Notes: generated by a model from the sequence alone, not told the origin. A DNA stretch of 64,000 nt from Chloropicon primus (GCA_023205875.1 CP060759.1:186001-250000), one strand, 5' to 3'. Shown: positions 45,376 through 56,039, numbered from the stretch's first letter. Numbers and translations are program-made.

Positions 45376-45710
45376 CACAATTCTCTCTCAGATGAAAGAC
45401 AATTGAACTGTTCTACAGAAAATCGGATGGAGAGATCCATCTAAGACGGGCCAACTACACAACGGCGAGCAAACAAAATAAAAGCTTGCCTCACCACCTC
45501 TTCTTATGCTCCGTGAGACAATGGTTCGATGAGAGACGTTACTTATACCAGGATCACAACGAGATCGTAACGGCGGAGGACGGCGAGGAGGACGGCGAGG
45601 TGTGTGACCTGGCGGGAGCTGGAGAGAGAAAGAGAGCCGCCGTAACGCCAGAGCCGCGAACGAGGCGGCCGACGAGTGGGGACGAGAAGACCACGACCAG
45701 AGAGAAAGCG

Positions 45711-46823
45711 ATGAGTTACCTCCTGGAATACTTCGGCCACTGGTTGCCGACGAAGAAGAGGAGACTGACGAATACTGGGACGTCATGTGAAGAAGGGGCT
45801 GGTGGCGCCACCCCGGCCGCGGTTCTCCAGGGGGGTGGCGCCCAAGGATGGCGGGTGGCGCCCAAGGATTGTGGTGCCAATGTCTCTGTCTTCACCCACT
45901 TGCAGGGCAGCGGGCAGCCGTGCGGCGCGGTGGCACTCGGAACAAGCCTGGACACCAACGCTTGCACAGTGGCCCTGGCGATCTCCGCGGGACCTCATAG
46001 GGAGCGGGAGATGGCCGCCATCGAGGAAAACGTGGATCCGACGACGCTTCTCAATGCGGATGGACTTATTACCTCTCTTCGCTTCGCAGACGAAGTACCT
46101 GGCCCGCCGCCCACCCTTGCACGCGAGGGTACACGGGCGGAGCGAACTCGCGAGCCTGAGGAGCTGACCCTGGTCCGCGTGGTCCGAGGCCGTGGCGGAG
46201 TCTACCTGGAGCTCGTTGAGGGCTTGAAAGAACTGACCCACTGCATCGTCTTCCTCCGCGAGTCCCTTGCGCAGGAGGGGCTTGGGAACAAGCTCGCTGG
46301 TCAGGCGGCCACGATCTCAAGCGCGTTGCTCGGCAAAGATCTTCCTAAACAGGTGAAAGCATTTCGTTTCGTGGAGCTTGGGACCGCCAGCCGCTCGCGA
46401 TGCCTCAAGGACCGCAAAGTTCTTACGAAAGCTCTTGCCCTTGCGAAGGAGAAGGGCGAGCCTTGCGCGCTTCTTGTAGCTGCCTTGTCGCGATTGTCGA
46501 GACGGCCACAAGCTTACAAGGACCTCGACTACCTTGCTGAGCGCGCAGGGCAGGCCTCTATACTGGCGTGTATCCCGACGTTCCCTCTCGAACGAGCGAA
46601 ACACCCACTGGAACCAATCCAAACTGAAGCAAGGCATCTGCTTGAACAACCTCTCTTTCTCCAGGTCCGTCTCCAGAGGAAGACGACCCTTCTTCTTCTT
46701 CTTCTCCTCCCCCTCATCCTCCGTTCTCGTCACCGCCTCGAAAAAGGTCCTGCAGGTCAACCCCAAAGCGAGGCGGTCGTACGGGTGCACGTGCTTGTCA
46801 ACGACGAGCCACACGTCCTTTAG
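45711..46823 (+). mobile_element. ORF with serine recombinase (resolvase-family) catalytic domain, probably a truncated mobile-element remnant
   Basis: CIVFLRES...LAGQ...I...FVELGTASRS...DRKVLTKALALA...LLVAALSRLSR (about 46242-46580); the C-terminus runs into the antisense of another gene fragment. Confidence 0.6.
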
Positions 46824-46888
46824 CAGCACGCCCAACGCATCCCTGCCCTCCTCTCTCTGCCTCTTGCTCTCTCTCTCATCTCCTCCAT
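46580..46888 (-). pseudogene. Truncated, frameshifted 5' fragment of an F-box-like/ankyrin-family gene
   Basis: LLKDVWLVVDKHVHPYDRLALGLTCRTF...TDL...PCFSLDWFQWV; ATG at 46888 is out of frame by one GA unit in a (GA)n tract; no downstream repeats. Confidence 0.55.
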
Positions 46889-47129
46889 CGGCGTTTCGTC
46901 TCTCTCTCTCTCTCTCTTCAAATTTAGGACGGAACTGGCAAACCCGGACTGTCTGACGACGACGACGACGACGACGACGACGGAGGAGGGAGGGCAACAC
47001 GACTCAACTCCAGCCCCAAGCGGCTGTCGAACCTCGGACCCAACAACGCAAAACCACCGCCGCTCCAAAGATCGCATCTTTGCCAACGATACAGCTCTCT
47101 TTCTTTTCTCTTGAGTTGTTGAGATCGAC

Positions 47130-48881
47130 ATGAGCAGCAGCTTGGACTCGCAGCAGGAACGGAGTCGTCGGAGTCCCGTGATCGACGTGGACAGGTTCCT
47201 GAGGATCGGCAGGCAGGCGGGCAAGGGGCGGGAGAGGAGGGCCAGGGTCGTCGACCGCAGGTCGGACAAAGATGATGCTTCTGCTTCCTCCTCCTCCTCC
47301 TCCTCCTCATGCTCGTACGTCTCGGAGCCCGCGAGGCGGGTGAGGGTCGCGGAGAGGGCGGACGTGCTCGTGGTGGGCGGGGGTTGCGCCGGCCTCGCCG
47401 CCGCCGTCGCCGCGAAGAAGGTCTCCCCCTCCCTGAACGTCCTCCTCGTCGAGAAGGAGGAGTACCTCGGGGGCACCATATCCAGGGTGGGGATGGAGTC
47501 CGTGTCGTGGTGGATGTACAACGACGCGGTCAAGAGCGACGGCCTGGTGAAGGAGCTCGAGGACCTCGCGACATCGATGCAGGGGACAACGACGTTCCCT
47601 TACAACGAGGGGCTGAACCTGACGAGCGAGCCCTTCAAGAGGGTCGCCGACGCCTTCGTCACGAGGCACGGCGTCCGGTGCCTGTTCGCCACCTGGGTGG
47701 CGGACACCATCGTGGAAGCATCGCCGGGCAGCAGCAGCGGCGACCCAGTGCCTTGCCTCAAGGGCGTCTACGTGGAGAACGTCGCGGGGAGGCAAGCCAT
47801 CTTGGCCGAGAGGGTCGTGGACTGCACGGGGAACGCGGACGTGCTGCATCGTGCGGGCGGGAGGTTCACCGTCCTTCCCGTGGATCAGCGCATGGGCATC
47901 ACCCAAGTGTTCAGCGTCTCGAACGTGGACAGGGAGAGGTTCCTGGAGTACACGGAGAGGAAGGCGGCGACGTACAACAACTGGGGGAACGACGGCGGGC
48001 CCAAGGTGTGCGAGACGGAGTGGAAGCAGGAGACCCAAGGCAGCGAGGGGGAGCTGAGGACGCCGTACCTGGAGCGCGAGTTCCAGGAGGCGGAGGTGAA
48101 GGGAATTGTGCCCAAGGTAAGTTCAGGGTCAGGGAGAGACCACGCCACGCGCCCTCGTCTTGTCGAGCCTAACACACACCTCACGTTCGTTGTTTGCTGT
48201 CTTGAACACACACACACACACACACACATTACCGCACAAACACCGTTGCCTCTCAAAAACCTAAAGGGCTCCAACATCAACGGGAGCTGGTCGACCCTGA
48301 CGCACGACGGGGAGCTCCTCAACCTCAACCTGGTTCACATGCAGGGCGATGCCCTGGACCCTTGGGACATGTCGGAGATGGCACAGGTGGGCCGAGAGAA
48401 AGTCGGCGAAGCCATCAAGGCCCTGAAAACGATTCCAGGATGTGAGGACGCCAAGCTCAGGACGTTCTCCAACAACCTCGGGGTGAGGGACTCGAGGAAG
48501 TGCGTGGCCAAGTACAACCTGAGCGGGGAGGACGCTCTCGCGGGCTCCAGGTTCGAAGACTCCGTCTGCGTCCTTCCCCAGATCGTGGACGGTTACGGAA
48601 TTCTGGTCTTGGGTTCCGAGGGCGGGGAGGTGGAGGTTCCTCTGAGGGGCTTCCAGTGCGACGTCGACAACCTCATGGTGGCCGGCCGGTGCTTCGCGGG
48701 CGACCACGTCTCGCACTGCCTGACGAGGAACATAAAGTGCTGCATGCTCACTGGGCAAGCGGCCGGGGCCATCGCCGCGACCTCCTTGAGGACGAAAACG
48801 TCGGTTTGGAACGTCAGACCCCAGGACGTCAGAGAAGACCTGACTCGAGTTGGGTTCAGGTGCGATGCGCACGAAAAGTAA
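47130..48881 (+). CDS. FAD-dependent oxidoreductase (FAD_oxidored-type, bacterial-like; intron 48117-48266)
   Basis: DVLVVGGGCAGLAAAVAA..LLVE...LGG, VDCTGNADV, GVRDSR, NLMVAGRC, TGQAAG. Confidence 0.85.
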   Translation: MSSSLDSQQERSRRSPVIDVDRFLRIGRQAGKGRERRARVVDRRSDKDDASASSSSSSSSCSYVSEPARRVRVAERADVLVVGGGCAGLAAAVAAKKVSPSLNVLLVEKEEYLGGTISRVGMESVSWWMYNDAVKSDGLVKELEDLATSMQGTTTFPYNEGLNLTSEPFKRVADAFVTRHGVRCLFATWVADTIVEASPGSSSGDPVPCLKGVYVENVAGRQAILAERVVDCTGNADVLHRAGGRFTVLPVDQRMGITQVFSVSNVDRERFLEYTERKAATYNNWGNDGGPKVCETEWKQETQGSEGELRTPYLEREFQEAEVKGIVPKVSSGSGRDHATRPRLVEPNTHLTFVVCCLEHTHTHTHITAQTPLPLKNLKGSNINGSWSTLTHDGELLNLNLVHMQGDALDPWDMSEMAQVGREKVGEAIKALKTIPGCEDAKLRTFSNNLGVRDSRKCVAKYNLSGEDALAGSRFEDSVCVLPQIVDGYGILVLGSEGGEVEVPLRGFQCDVDNLMVAGRCFAGDHVSHCLTRNIKCCMLTGQAAGAIAATSLRTKTSVWNVRPQDVREDLTRVGFRCDAHEK

Positions 48882-49120
48882 AGCAAACGACGAGCACGGC
48901 TCATCCAGTAACAGCAAAGCTTGAGACAAGATGCTTCTCATAATGCACACCATCGCGCTCCCAATCTTCGTCCTCGCGTTCCTCACCCTCTCCTCTCACC
49001 TCCTGGTGTCTTGGCCACAAACCTGGGAGAAAAAAGAGAAAAAAGATTGAGATCTCCCGGGCAATTTGTGGCCAGGAGAAAAAGTTCCCCGAGGAGCGGA
49101 GGGGAGCGGCGAACGAAGAG

Positions 49121-49156
<36 letters not shown>

Positions 49157-49163
49157 GGAGAGG

Positions 49164-50102
49164 ATGACGACGGTGACGACGACAAGGCTGGCGGGCAACG
49201 CGACGACGCGCGGCGTCACCGTGCCCACGCGCAGGCTCAATGTTTTCACCACCACCACCACCACCAGACTTTTTTGGGGGTCTCGGTCTCATCTTGACAA
49301 CAGGAACAACACTCGTGGTGGTCGCGCGAGTGCGGTGGTCGCGAGCAGGAGGAGCGTCGGGGTGAGGGCGGTTGCCCCTCGCGAGGAGGGCGAGGCCGAA
49401 GCCAGCGCCGTGGCCAAGCAGCTCGGGCAGTCCGCACTGGTGGCGCTCTCTGTCATGTCTGTGGCGCCGGACGCCTTCGCCAAGGGCGGGGAGTTGGGAA
49501 TCCTCGAGGGGCGCACGATCGCGCTCCTCCATCCGGCGATGATGTTCGCCCTCTTGGGTGCCACGGGCTACATCGGCTACCTGGGCTGGCAGTGGCGCAG
49601 GGTGAGAACCGTGGGGGACGAGATAGCGGAGCTGAAGAAGGAGGCCAAGACGATGGCGAAGAAGGCCGAGCTGGTTACCGCGGGGGCCGGGGGCGCGGTG
49701 GAGGAGAGCGGGGAAGCGTCCGTGGGGTCCCCCCTGGACGCGACGATAAGCGAGCTCCAGGTCACGAGGAAGAAGCTCATCGAGGGCAAGTTCAGGGACA
49801 AGCACTACGTTTGGGGCTCGTTGCTCCTGGCGGCCGGGGTGACGTTCAGCATAGAGGGTGGGCTGAACACGTACTTGAGGACGGGAAAGCTGTTCCCGGG
49901 TCCACACCTCTTCGCCGGAGCTTCGATGACGGCCATGTGGGCCATCGCCGCGGCCCTGACACCGGCCATGCAGAAGGGAAACAAGCTGGCGAGGGACGCC
50001 CACATTGCTTTGAACGGCCTCACTTTCCTCCTGTTTCTTTGGCAGGTTCCAACGGGTTTGGAGATCGTGGGAAAGGTCTTCCAGTTCACCAAGTGGCCTT
50101 GA
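49164..50102 (+). CDS. DUF4079 family plastid membrane protein
   Basis: LLHPAMM, GYLGWQWRRVRT, RKKLIEGKFRDKH, GKLFPGPHLFAG, ARDAHIALN; transit peptide. Confidence 0.85.
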   Translation: MTTVTTTRLAGNATTRGVTVPTRRLNVFTTTTTTRLFWGSRSHLDNRNNTRGGRASAVVASRRSVGVRAVAPREEGEAEASAVAKQLGQSALVALSVMSVAPDAFAKGGELGILEGRTIALLHPAMMFALLGATGYIGYLGWQWRRVRTVGDEIAELKKEAKTMAKKAELVTAGAGGAVEESGEASVGSPLDATISELQVTRKKLIEGKFRDKHYVWGSLLLAAGVTFSIEGGLNTYLRTGKLFPGPHLFAGASMTAMWAIAAALTPAMQKGNKLARDAHIALNGLTFLLFLWQVPTGLEIVGKVFQFTKWP

Positions 50103-50439
50103 AGATGGACTTCCCCAGGCAAAGCCTCGACCACACACACACACACAGAGTTTTTAGGGATAGGAAAGCGGTTCCCATAATCTATAAAAAACGCACACAT
50201 GTAAAACACACTTCACTTCTTTTTATCATCTTTGCTGTCCGCGGGCGCGGCCTCCTTCCCTGCCTGCGTCGACGGCGGGGTGGTGACGATTGGTTCCGCA
50301 CGCCGGGCGGGCGACCAGAGACACGCGGCGGCGAGCAAAAGTCGTAAAGCAGCTATTAAAAAATCAGGAAAATAAAGCAAGAAAATAAAATCAAAGCGAA
50401 CGGGCACCCAAGCGCCTCTCGTCCTCGGGGCGCCTCCTC

Positions 50440-51615
50440 CTAAAGCCCATCAATGTAGTGCTCCTCTCCGTTGGACTCCGCCGACTCGACTACCGCTGGC
50501 GGCAGGATGTGAATGGATTGCGTGGCCGGCTCGTACTCCAACTTTATGTTCTGGATCTCCAAGTTGTTGTCGTCCTGAAAGGCCGTGGACACCTCCTCGC
50601 TCCTCCAAGGCGCCGGGGTGGGCGTGATCGCCAGCGCCCTGCTCTTCTCGATGTTGGTTATCATATTGGACAGGAGGGCCGCGTCGTTCTGCTGCTGCTG
50701 AGTCGGGTTGGACCCCGCCGCGGCGGCGCTATGCTCGAAGGCAGGCTCCGTCGTCTCGGTGCTGTTGGGCGATCCTTCAGTCTTCGCGCTGCTTGGTTTC
50801 ACGTACTGTACACTGGAGACCTTCGGCGCCGCGAGGTTTCTCGCCCCCAAGTTTAAGCCAGGGTACAAGATGTGGTGGTTTGTTACAAAGGGGAAGGGCA
50901 CCTGGTGGGTCTGAGCGGCGGCGTAGTTTCTATACATCGCGGAGAGCATGTCGCTCGGGGGGCTGATCCCCCCGAGTTGGCCCGCGTGGTTGATCAGCTG
51001 GCCCGGCTGGATCCAGGCGGCGGCGGGGATCTTGCCCGAGATGTCGTACAACCCGGTCGCGGCCACGACTCCGTGGGGGTCCGCGGTCAGGGCCGGGCTC
51101 GCCGGCACGTTCAACCCCACCGGCTTGACGGCGGGCTTGATCGCGACCTCGGGCGCCTTGCCCGGCGCCTTGGCGGCCGCCTTGGCCTTGCTCCCGGACC
51201 CGCTCCTCTTCGCCCGGTACTTTCTGAAGTAGTCCCTCACGTCCGCGGTCGTCCGCAGGCATTTGGCGTGCCTCAGGGTCTCCTTGAGGGTCGGCTTCTC
51301 GTCCTTCCAGGCCGCTTCGGAGTGGTCCGCGTACCAGGCCGAGACCTCCTCGGTGGTCGGCCTCCTCTCCAGCCTCTCGAACTCCTTCCGCCACCACCCG
51401 TTGAAGACACCCCAGAACCCCGCGGCCTTGCGGTTCGGGGCCCACTTCCGCTTCCCGACCCCCGCCTTGGACTTGGACTTGGACGACGACGCAGCAGCAG
51501 CAGCGTCCGAGGACGTCGTCACCACCACGGCCGCCTGCGGCAGGGGCACCCTCTGCAGCTGCTGCATGAACTTCTGCTGCTGAGAGAGCGAGGCCATATT
51601 CCCGAAAATGTCCAT
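50440..51615 (-). CDS. Hypothetical nuclear protein with Trp-rich helical domain and low-complexity tail
   Basis: Long host-codon ORF; compact domain FWGVFNGWW...VRDYFRKYRAKR. Confidence 0.7.
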   Translation of the reverse strand: MDIFGNMASLSQQQKFMQQLQRVPLPQAAVVVTTSSDAAAAASSSKSKSKAGVGKRKWAPNRKAAGFWGVFNGWWRKEFERLERRPTTEEVSAWYADHSEAAWKDEKPTLKETLRHAKCLRTTADVRDYFRKYRAKRSGSGSKAKAAAKAPGKAPEVAIKPAVKPVGLNVPASPALTADPHGVVAATGLYDISGKIPAAAWIQPGQLINHAGQLGGISPPSDMLSAMYRNYAAAQTHQVPFPFVTNHHILYPGLNLGARNLAAPKVSSVQYVKPSSAKTEGSPNSTETTEPAFEHSAAAAGSNPTQQQQNDAALLSNMITNIEKSRALAITPTPAPWRSEEVSTAFQDDNNLEIQNIKLEYEPATQSIHILPPAVVESAESNGEEHYIDGL

Positions 51616-52635
51616 CAACAAAAACTCTCCTCGAGGAACGAGCAACGAACGAGCAACGCCCCTTCGCCTTCAAAAAACGCCTGGGGGGGGATGACCGAGC
51701 CTAACCTCTCGCACGCCGAAGTGGACGCACGCACGCAGAGCGCAAGAGGTCCGGTCTTCCCAAAGAGAAGGCCGAGAACTTCCTCCGTCGTCCGCTCGGG
51801 TTCGTGGGTCGGGGCACCAACCAAAAAGAAAAAGAAAAGACAAAAAGGATGAAGATGTCCGTCCTCCTCTTCCCCCTCACACGGCTCGAGTCCGGGCGTC
51901 ACGTCACGCGCGGCACAGGATGATGTGTCCGTCCCTTAAGCCCAGGAGGCGAGGCAAGAGGCAAGGGATCCGATCGTGCGCTCGGGTTCCAACCGACAAC
52001 CAGCCAAAGGGAGGCGCGCCGGACACAAAGACGAGAGAGAGAACAAACCTCCGCCTGACGTCGCTCGCGCTCGCTCTTGCACGCACGTGATAACCACGGG
52101 CATTTCTACTCGTACTGTCGACCTCTCTTGTATGATTTCAAAAATTCTATGAGAGTACGAACGAATCGTGTAGTGGGGAAACCTTACGTGTGACGTCTCT
52201 CGACGATGAACATCCTGTCGCACGTGATTTTCCCTTTTTCGATTGTGATTGTTCAAATTTGAAGTCCAAAGGCGTTACCGTTCAGACCTTTTTTCTTCCC
52301 GTTATAACGCTCGTCCGCTGCAGACTTTTTTTTTTGGCCTCGATCGACGACTCGACCCTCGATCGCTTGCAGACTTTGTCTCGCTCGACGACGACGACGA
52401 CGACGTTTTGGGTTTTGGGTTTTTGGGTTCCCTGCTTCACCGGTGCACCCACGATAGCGTGACTTCTCTGTGTCCTTCCTTCCTGCTGTTTTCTTTTTCT
52501 TTTTCCCGACCGACCGACGACTACCTGCGACGGGGTGTTGGGCTGGTTCGCGTCTCGAAGGAGCTCCGTCGTCGGTCGTTCGCGCGTCTCTCTCTCTTAC
52601 GAAGGTCGGTGGCGCAAACTCTCCAGACTGATCAC

Positions 52636-54573
52636 ATGGCGGCTCACTCGTCCGACTCGGCGTCTCGAGGGAGGTCGTCGTCGTCGTCGTCCGGCAAGCT
52701 CGAGGAGGGTGGGTTTGGGGTCGTTGTAACGCCCGCGGCGACCGTCCTGACGCGGAAGACGTCGGTGGAGAACGGGACGACGGGGACGAAGAAGCCCACG
52801 TCCACCCCCTCCCCGAAAGCGAAGACCCAGCAGGCCAGCAACAAGATCCCGAGCGCCGGACCACCGCCACCACCACTACCAAGTCATGCCAAGTCGGGCA
52901 AGGCCACCAAGCAACAAGCCAAGGGCTGCAAGGGCACGAGCATGTACAAGGGCGTGGCCCAGCACAGGGTGACGAGGAGGTGGGAGAGCCACGTGTGGGA
53001 GAACAAGAAGCAGATCTACTTGGGGTCCTTCGCGACGGAGGAGCAGGCCGCGAGGGCCTACGACAAGGCGGCCATCTTCCTCGGCAAGGCGGAGGACAGC
53101 CTGAACTTCCCGTTCTCGGACTACGCCAAGGAGGCCGAAGCGATCCGGAAGATGACCAAGGAGAAGCTCCTGGCCCAGCTGCGCCGCGGGAGCAACGGGT
53201 TCTCCCGGGGCAAGACGAAGTTCCGGGGGGTGAGCTACAGGACCCATACGGGCAGGTGGGAGGCCAGGATCAGCGGGGTGGTGGAGGGCAAGTACACGTA
53301 CTTGGGGACCTTCGACACGCCCGAGGAGGCGGCGGTGGCGTACGACAAGACCGCCATCGCCCTCAAGGGAAAGTACGCGGTCACGAACTACGACATTCAG
53401 AACTACGAGGCCGAGCTCGGGCACCTGACGGAGCTCACCCCAGAGAGTCTGGGGAAGGACTCGGTGGCGACCCGGATCGCGATCCAGGCGAACAAGCAGG
53501 CGTACTACAAGGGCGCCGTCGTCAAGGGGAGGAAGCCAGGGAGGGTCAGCGAGCACGCGAAGGCGAAGACGGAGAGGAAGGAGGGCGGCGTCGGCGCGGG
53601 GGCGGTCCAGAGCAGGAAGCTGACGAGGCAGGCGACCTTCTGCGTCCAGGCCGAGGGGAATGCCGCCGCGAGCCTGGTCAAGAAGAGGCCGACCAAGAGG
53701 GACAGGAGCATCAACTCGGACTTGAGGGTCCAGGAGGCTTACGCGCCCATCGCCAAGGTGGTCGGTCACGGGGGCGCGGTCCGCCCGGGCGGGTCGTACG
53801 CCTCCGGAAACGGCGAGTGGCCTCTGGCGGACCCCTACCACTCCTACCTCTTCAATCCTGGCCAATGCAGCATGTACAGCGACCAGACGGGTGGCCAGAT
53901 CGAATTTGAGGAGGGTCCCTACAGCCAGCCGAGTGGCCAGACCGTGAACCCGGCGGGTCTGCCAAGCGAGTATCCCTACGACTCGAGCATCTTGCCCGGC
54001 ATGGTCAAGACAGAGCCTGAGCTCGACGTACCCATCACAGCGTTTAGAAGCAGCTTCGAGGTGCACGAGGAGGATGGCAAGGGGGAGTTCCAGGGCCTGC
54101 CGGTGGACTTCATGCAGGCGACCCTCCACGGCGACCATTCTGGGCTGGACCCGATGAAGAGCAGCATGCTGCTCTTCCCTCCCGAGGACGACGGGGCCGG
54201 GGTCAAGGCGCAGGACCAAAGTCACGAGCAAGATTCAATATTCTCAGGCAGCTGGAAACCGTTCAGCAAGGTGAACTCAACCGACAGTCACCTCGGTGCG
54301 CACCACGGCGGCGGGGACTACACCGGCAAGAGCGAATTTGACATTTACTTCGAGAAAGTCTTGGACCAGAGCGACAACAAAGGAGGCGACGACGCCGTGG
54401 GAAACAACAAGAGCCGCAGCAGCAGCCACCACGAGATCACAGAGAATTTGTCTGCTTTCCTGGAGAACATCAGCTTGACCGACATACCTGAGATCGAAGA
54501 AGGGGACGACGAGGCGCTGGCGAGCGACGGCAAGGCTTTCCTCGATCCGGCGGCCATAGAGTTTTTGACTTGA
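52636..54573 (+). CDS. AP2-subfamily transcription factor with two AP2 domains
   Basis: [31 protein letters not shown]; linker [11 protein letters not shown]; second repeat [27 protein letters not shown]. Confidence 0.93.
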   Translation: MAAHSSDSASRGRSSSSSSGKLEEGGFGVVVTPAATVLTRKTSVENGTTGTKKPTSTPSPKAKTQQASNKIPSAGPPPPPLPSHAKSGKATKQQAKGCKGTSMYKGVAQHRVTRRWESHVWENKKQIYLGSFATEEQAARAYDKAAIFLGKAEDSLNFPFSDYAKEAEAIRKMTKEKLLAQLRRGSNGFSRGKTKFRGVSYRTHTGRWEARISGVVEGKYTYLGTFDTPEEAAVAYDKTAIALKGKYAVTNYDIQNYEAELGHLTELTPESLGKDSVATRIAIQANKQAYYKGAVVKGRKPGRVSEHAKAKTERKEGGVGAGAVQSRKLTRQATFCVQAEGNAAASLVKKRPTKRDRSINSDLRVQEAYAPIAKVVGHGGAVRPGGSYASGNGEWPLADPYHSYLFNPGQCSMYSDQTGGQIEFEEGPYSQPSGQTVNPAGLPSEYPYDSSILPGMVKTEPELDVPITAFRSSFEVHEEDGKGEFQGLPVDFMQATLHGDHSGLDPMKSSMLLFPPEDDGAGVKAQDQSHEQDSIFSGSWKPFSKVNSTDSHLGAHHGGGDYTGKSEFDIYFEKVLDQSDNKGGDDAVGNNKSRSSSHHEITENLSAFLENISLTDIPEIEEGDDEALASDGKAFLDPAAIEFLT

Positions 54574-54745
54574 CAAGGTTTTTTCGTTTTATGTACTGCA
54601 AAAATAAATCAAGGCCACGCAGTTCGTCGGAGTGAGCAAAATGCAATGCTCCTCCCGGACTTTTGTTGTAAAAGCGACTTCATTGTTATTTTCCTCCCTC
54701 GGCCTGGCTCTTCTTTTGCTCGCGCCTCGCGCGCGAGCGTACGCT

Positions 54746-56039
54746 CTACGACATTATCGTGAGGATTCCTTTCTTCGCTATAAGCTTGAAGATCGTGATG
54801 GCCAGGTCGAACGAGTGCCGCCCAGTGAATCCCTTCACGTTATCAAAATAATGGTACCTGTTCGATTCCGTCGTCGAAGTGTAGGAGTCGAAGCCGTAAA
54901 GGTCGACGTGCTCGCACACTTGGATGGCCATCATGGTCGCAAAAAAGCCGCTCATCGGTTTCCTGTTGAATTCTTTGTCCTTTGCCTTCGAGAGAAGCTT
55001 CAGCAGCTGGATCCAGATGTCGTGGCAGTGGTTCGCAAACATAGGGTTCAGCAGCACAGGCTTCATCTCCCCGTATTTGTCCAGTAACGGCTTGGCAAGG
55101 TGGTACCTGGCAAAGTGGCTCGCCGTCTCAAACATGACGACCCTCGATGTCTGGTCCACGCTCTTCCACCTCCTTCTGCCCTGCAAGATTTCCTTCAAGT
55201 TGTGGGCGTTCACGATGTTGAAGTACGTTTTCGACCCCACGTACCTCTCGAAGCCCTTCACAGGCGCAAGGTTCAGCCGGAAGACAGCGTCGTGGTTATC
55301 GATTTCCTCCCCCTTCTCCTTCAGGAGGACTATTCCACTGTTTCCGACCACGGCACACCTCTTGAAGTGCCAGTTTGGTTCCTCCAGGGGCAGGTGGTCG
55401 AAAACTCCCGCTGGAAAGACGTACTGCGTCGTTTCATTCCCATCGAAGTACTCCAAGTAGCGCCGAAGCGTGGTCGCTCCGAGGGTCGCGTTGTAAAAGA
55501 TGAACTGGCGCTTGTGAAGCACCAAGCGGATGCCGCTGTCCACGAGTCGCAACTCGTTCAGAACGTTCCAAGACGGCTCTTTCTTCTTCGGGACATAAGT
55601 CGGCTCCTGCACGTTTTTGTTCTCCTTGGACCGCTGGGCTTTCTTCGTGGCCGTCCACGAGTGGTCAGAGCCCTTGCTCCCCGCGTTGCTGGGCCGCCCC
55701 TTTCGATCCACAGCATCGTTTGCTCGCTTTGCCTCTGCCTCGGGCGGCTGGACGGGGGCGAGAGACCCGTCGAGGCCCGGGGGATCCACACCTTCTTGCA
55801 CACTCCTCCCTGGAGGAGGATCAGAGTGAACGAGGTTGAGGTTCCCGTAGAACACGACTCGAAGCTTTTGGGCGCAAGGCAAGGCAAGGGAGGAGATGAA
55901 AAGCAACGTGGAGGAAAGAGAAGCCTCAATCGTCAGATAAAAAAAGGCGCTCTCCTCTACTACACTTTGGGCTCTAGACACCCAGACTTACCCCGACAAG
56001 AAGCAGGAGCATCAAGAGGACTCGCCGCTCGAACGCCAT
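54746..56039 (-). CDS. Second GT29 sialyltransferase-like protein (exons 56039-55992, 55864-54746)
   Basis: CAVVGNSG..GEEIDNHDAVFRLNLAP..YVGSKT, PMSGFF..CEHVDLYGF, HYFD; splicing creates an N-terminal signal anchor. Confidence 0.9.

Noticed and set aside
45376..45490. Dicistronic tRNA-snoRNA downstream of tRNA-His
   Set aside because: No convincing C (RTGATGA) and D (CTGA) boxes or rRNA antisense element.
52249..52635. N-terminal extension of the AP2 ORF
   Set aside because: Begins at a non-ATG codon in low-complexity UTR-like sequence; the first ATG is at 52636.
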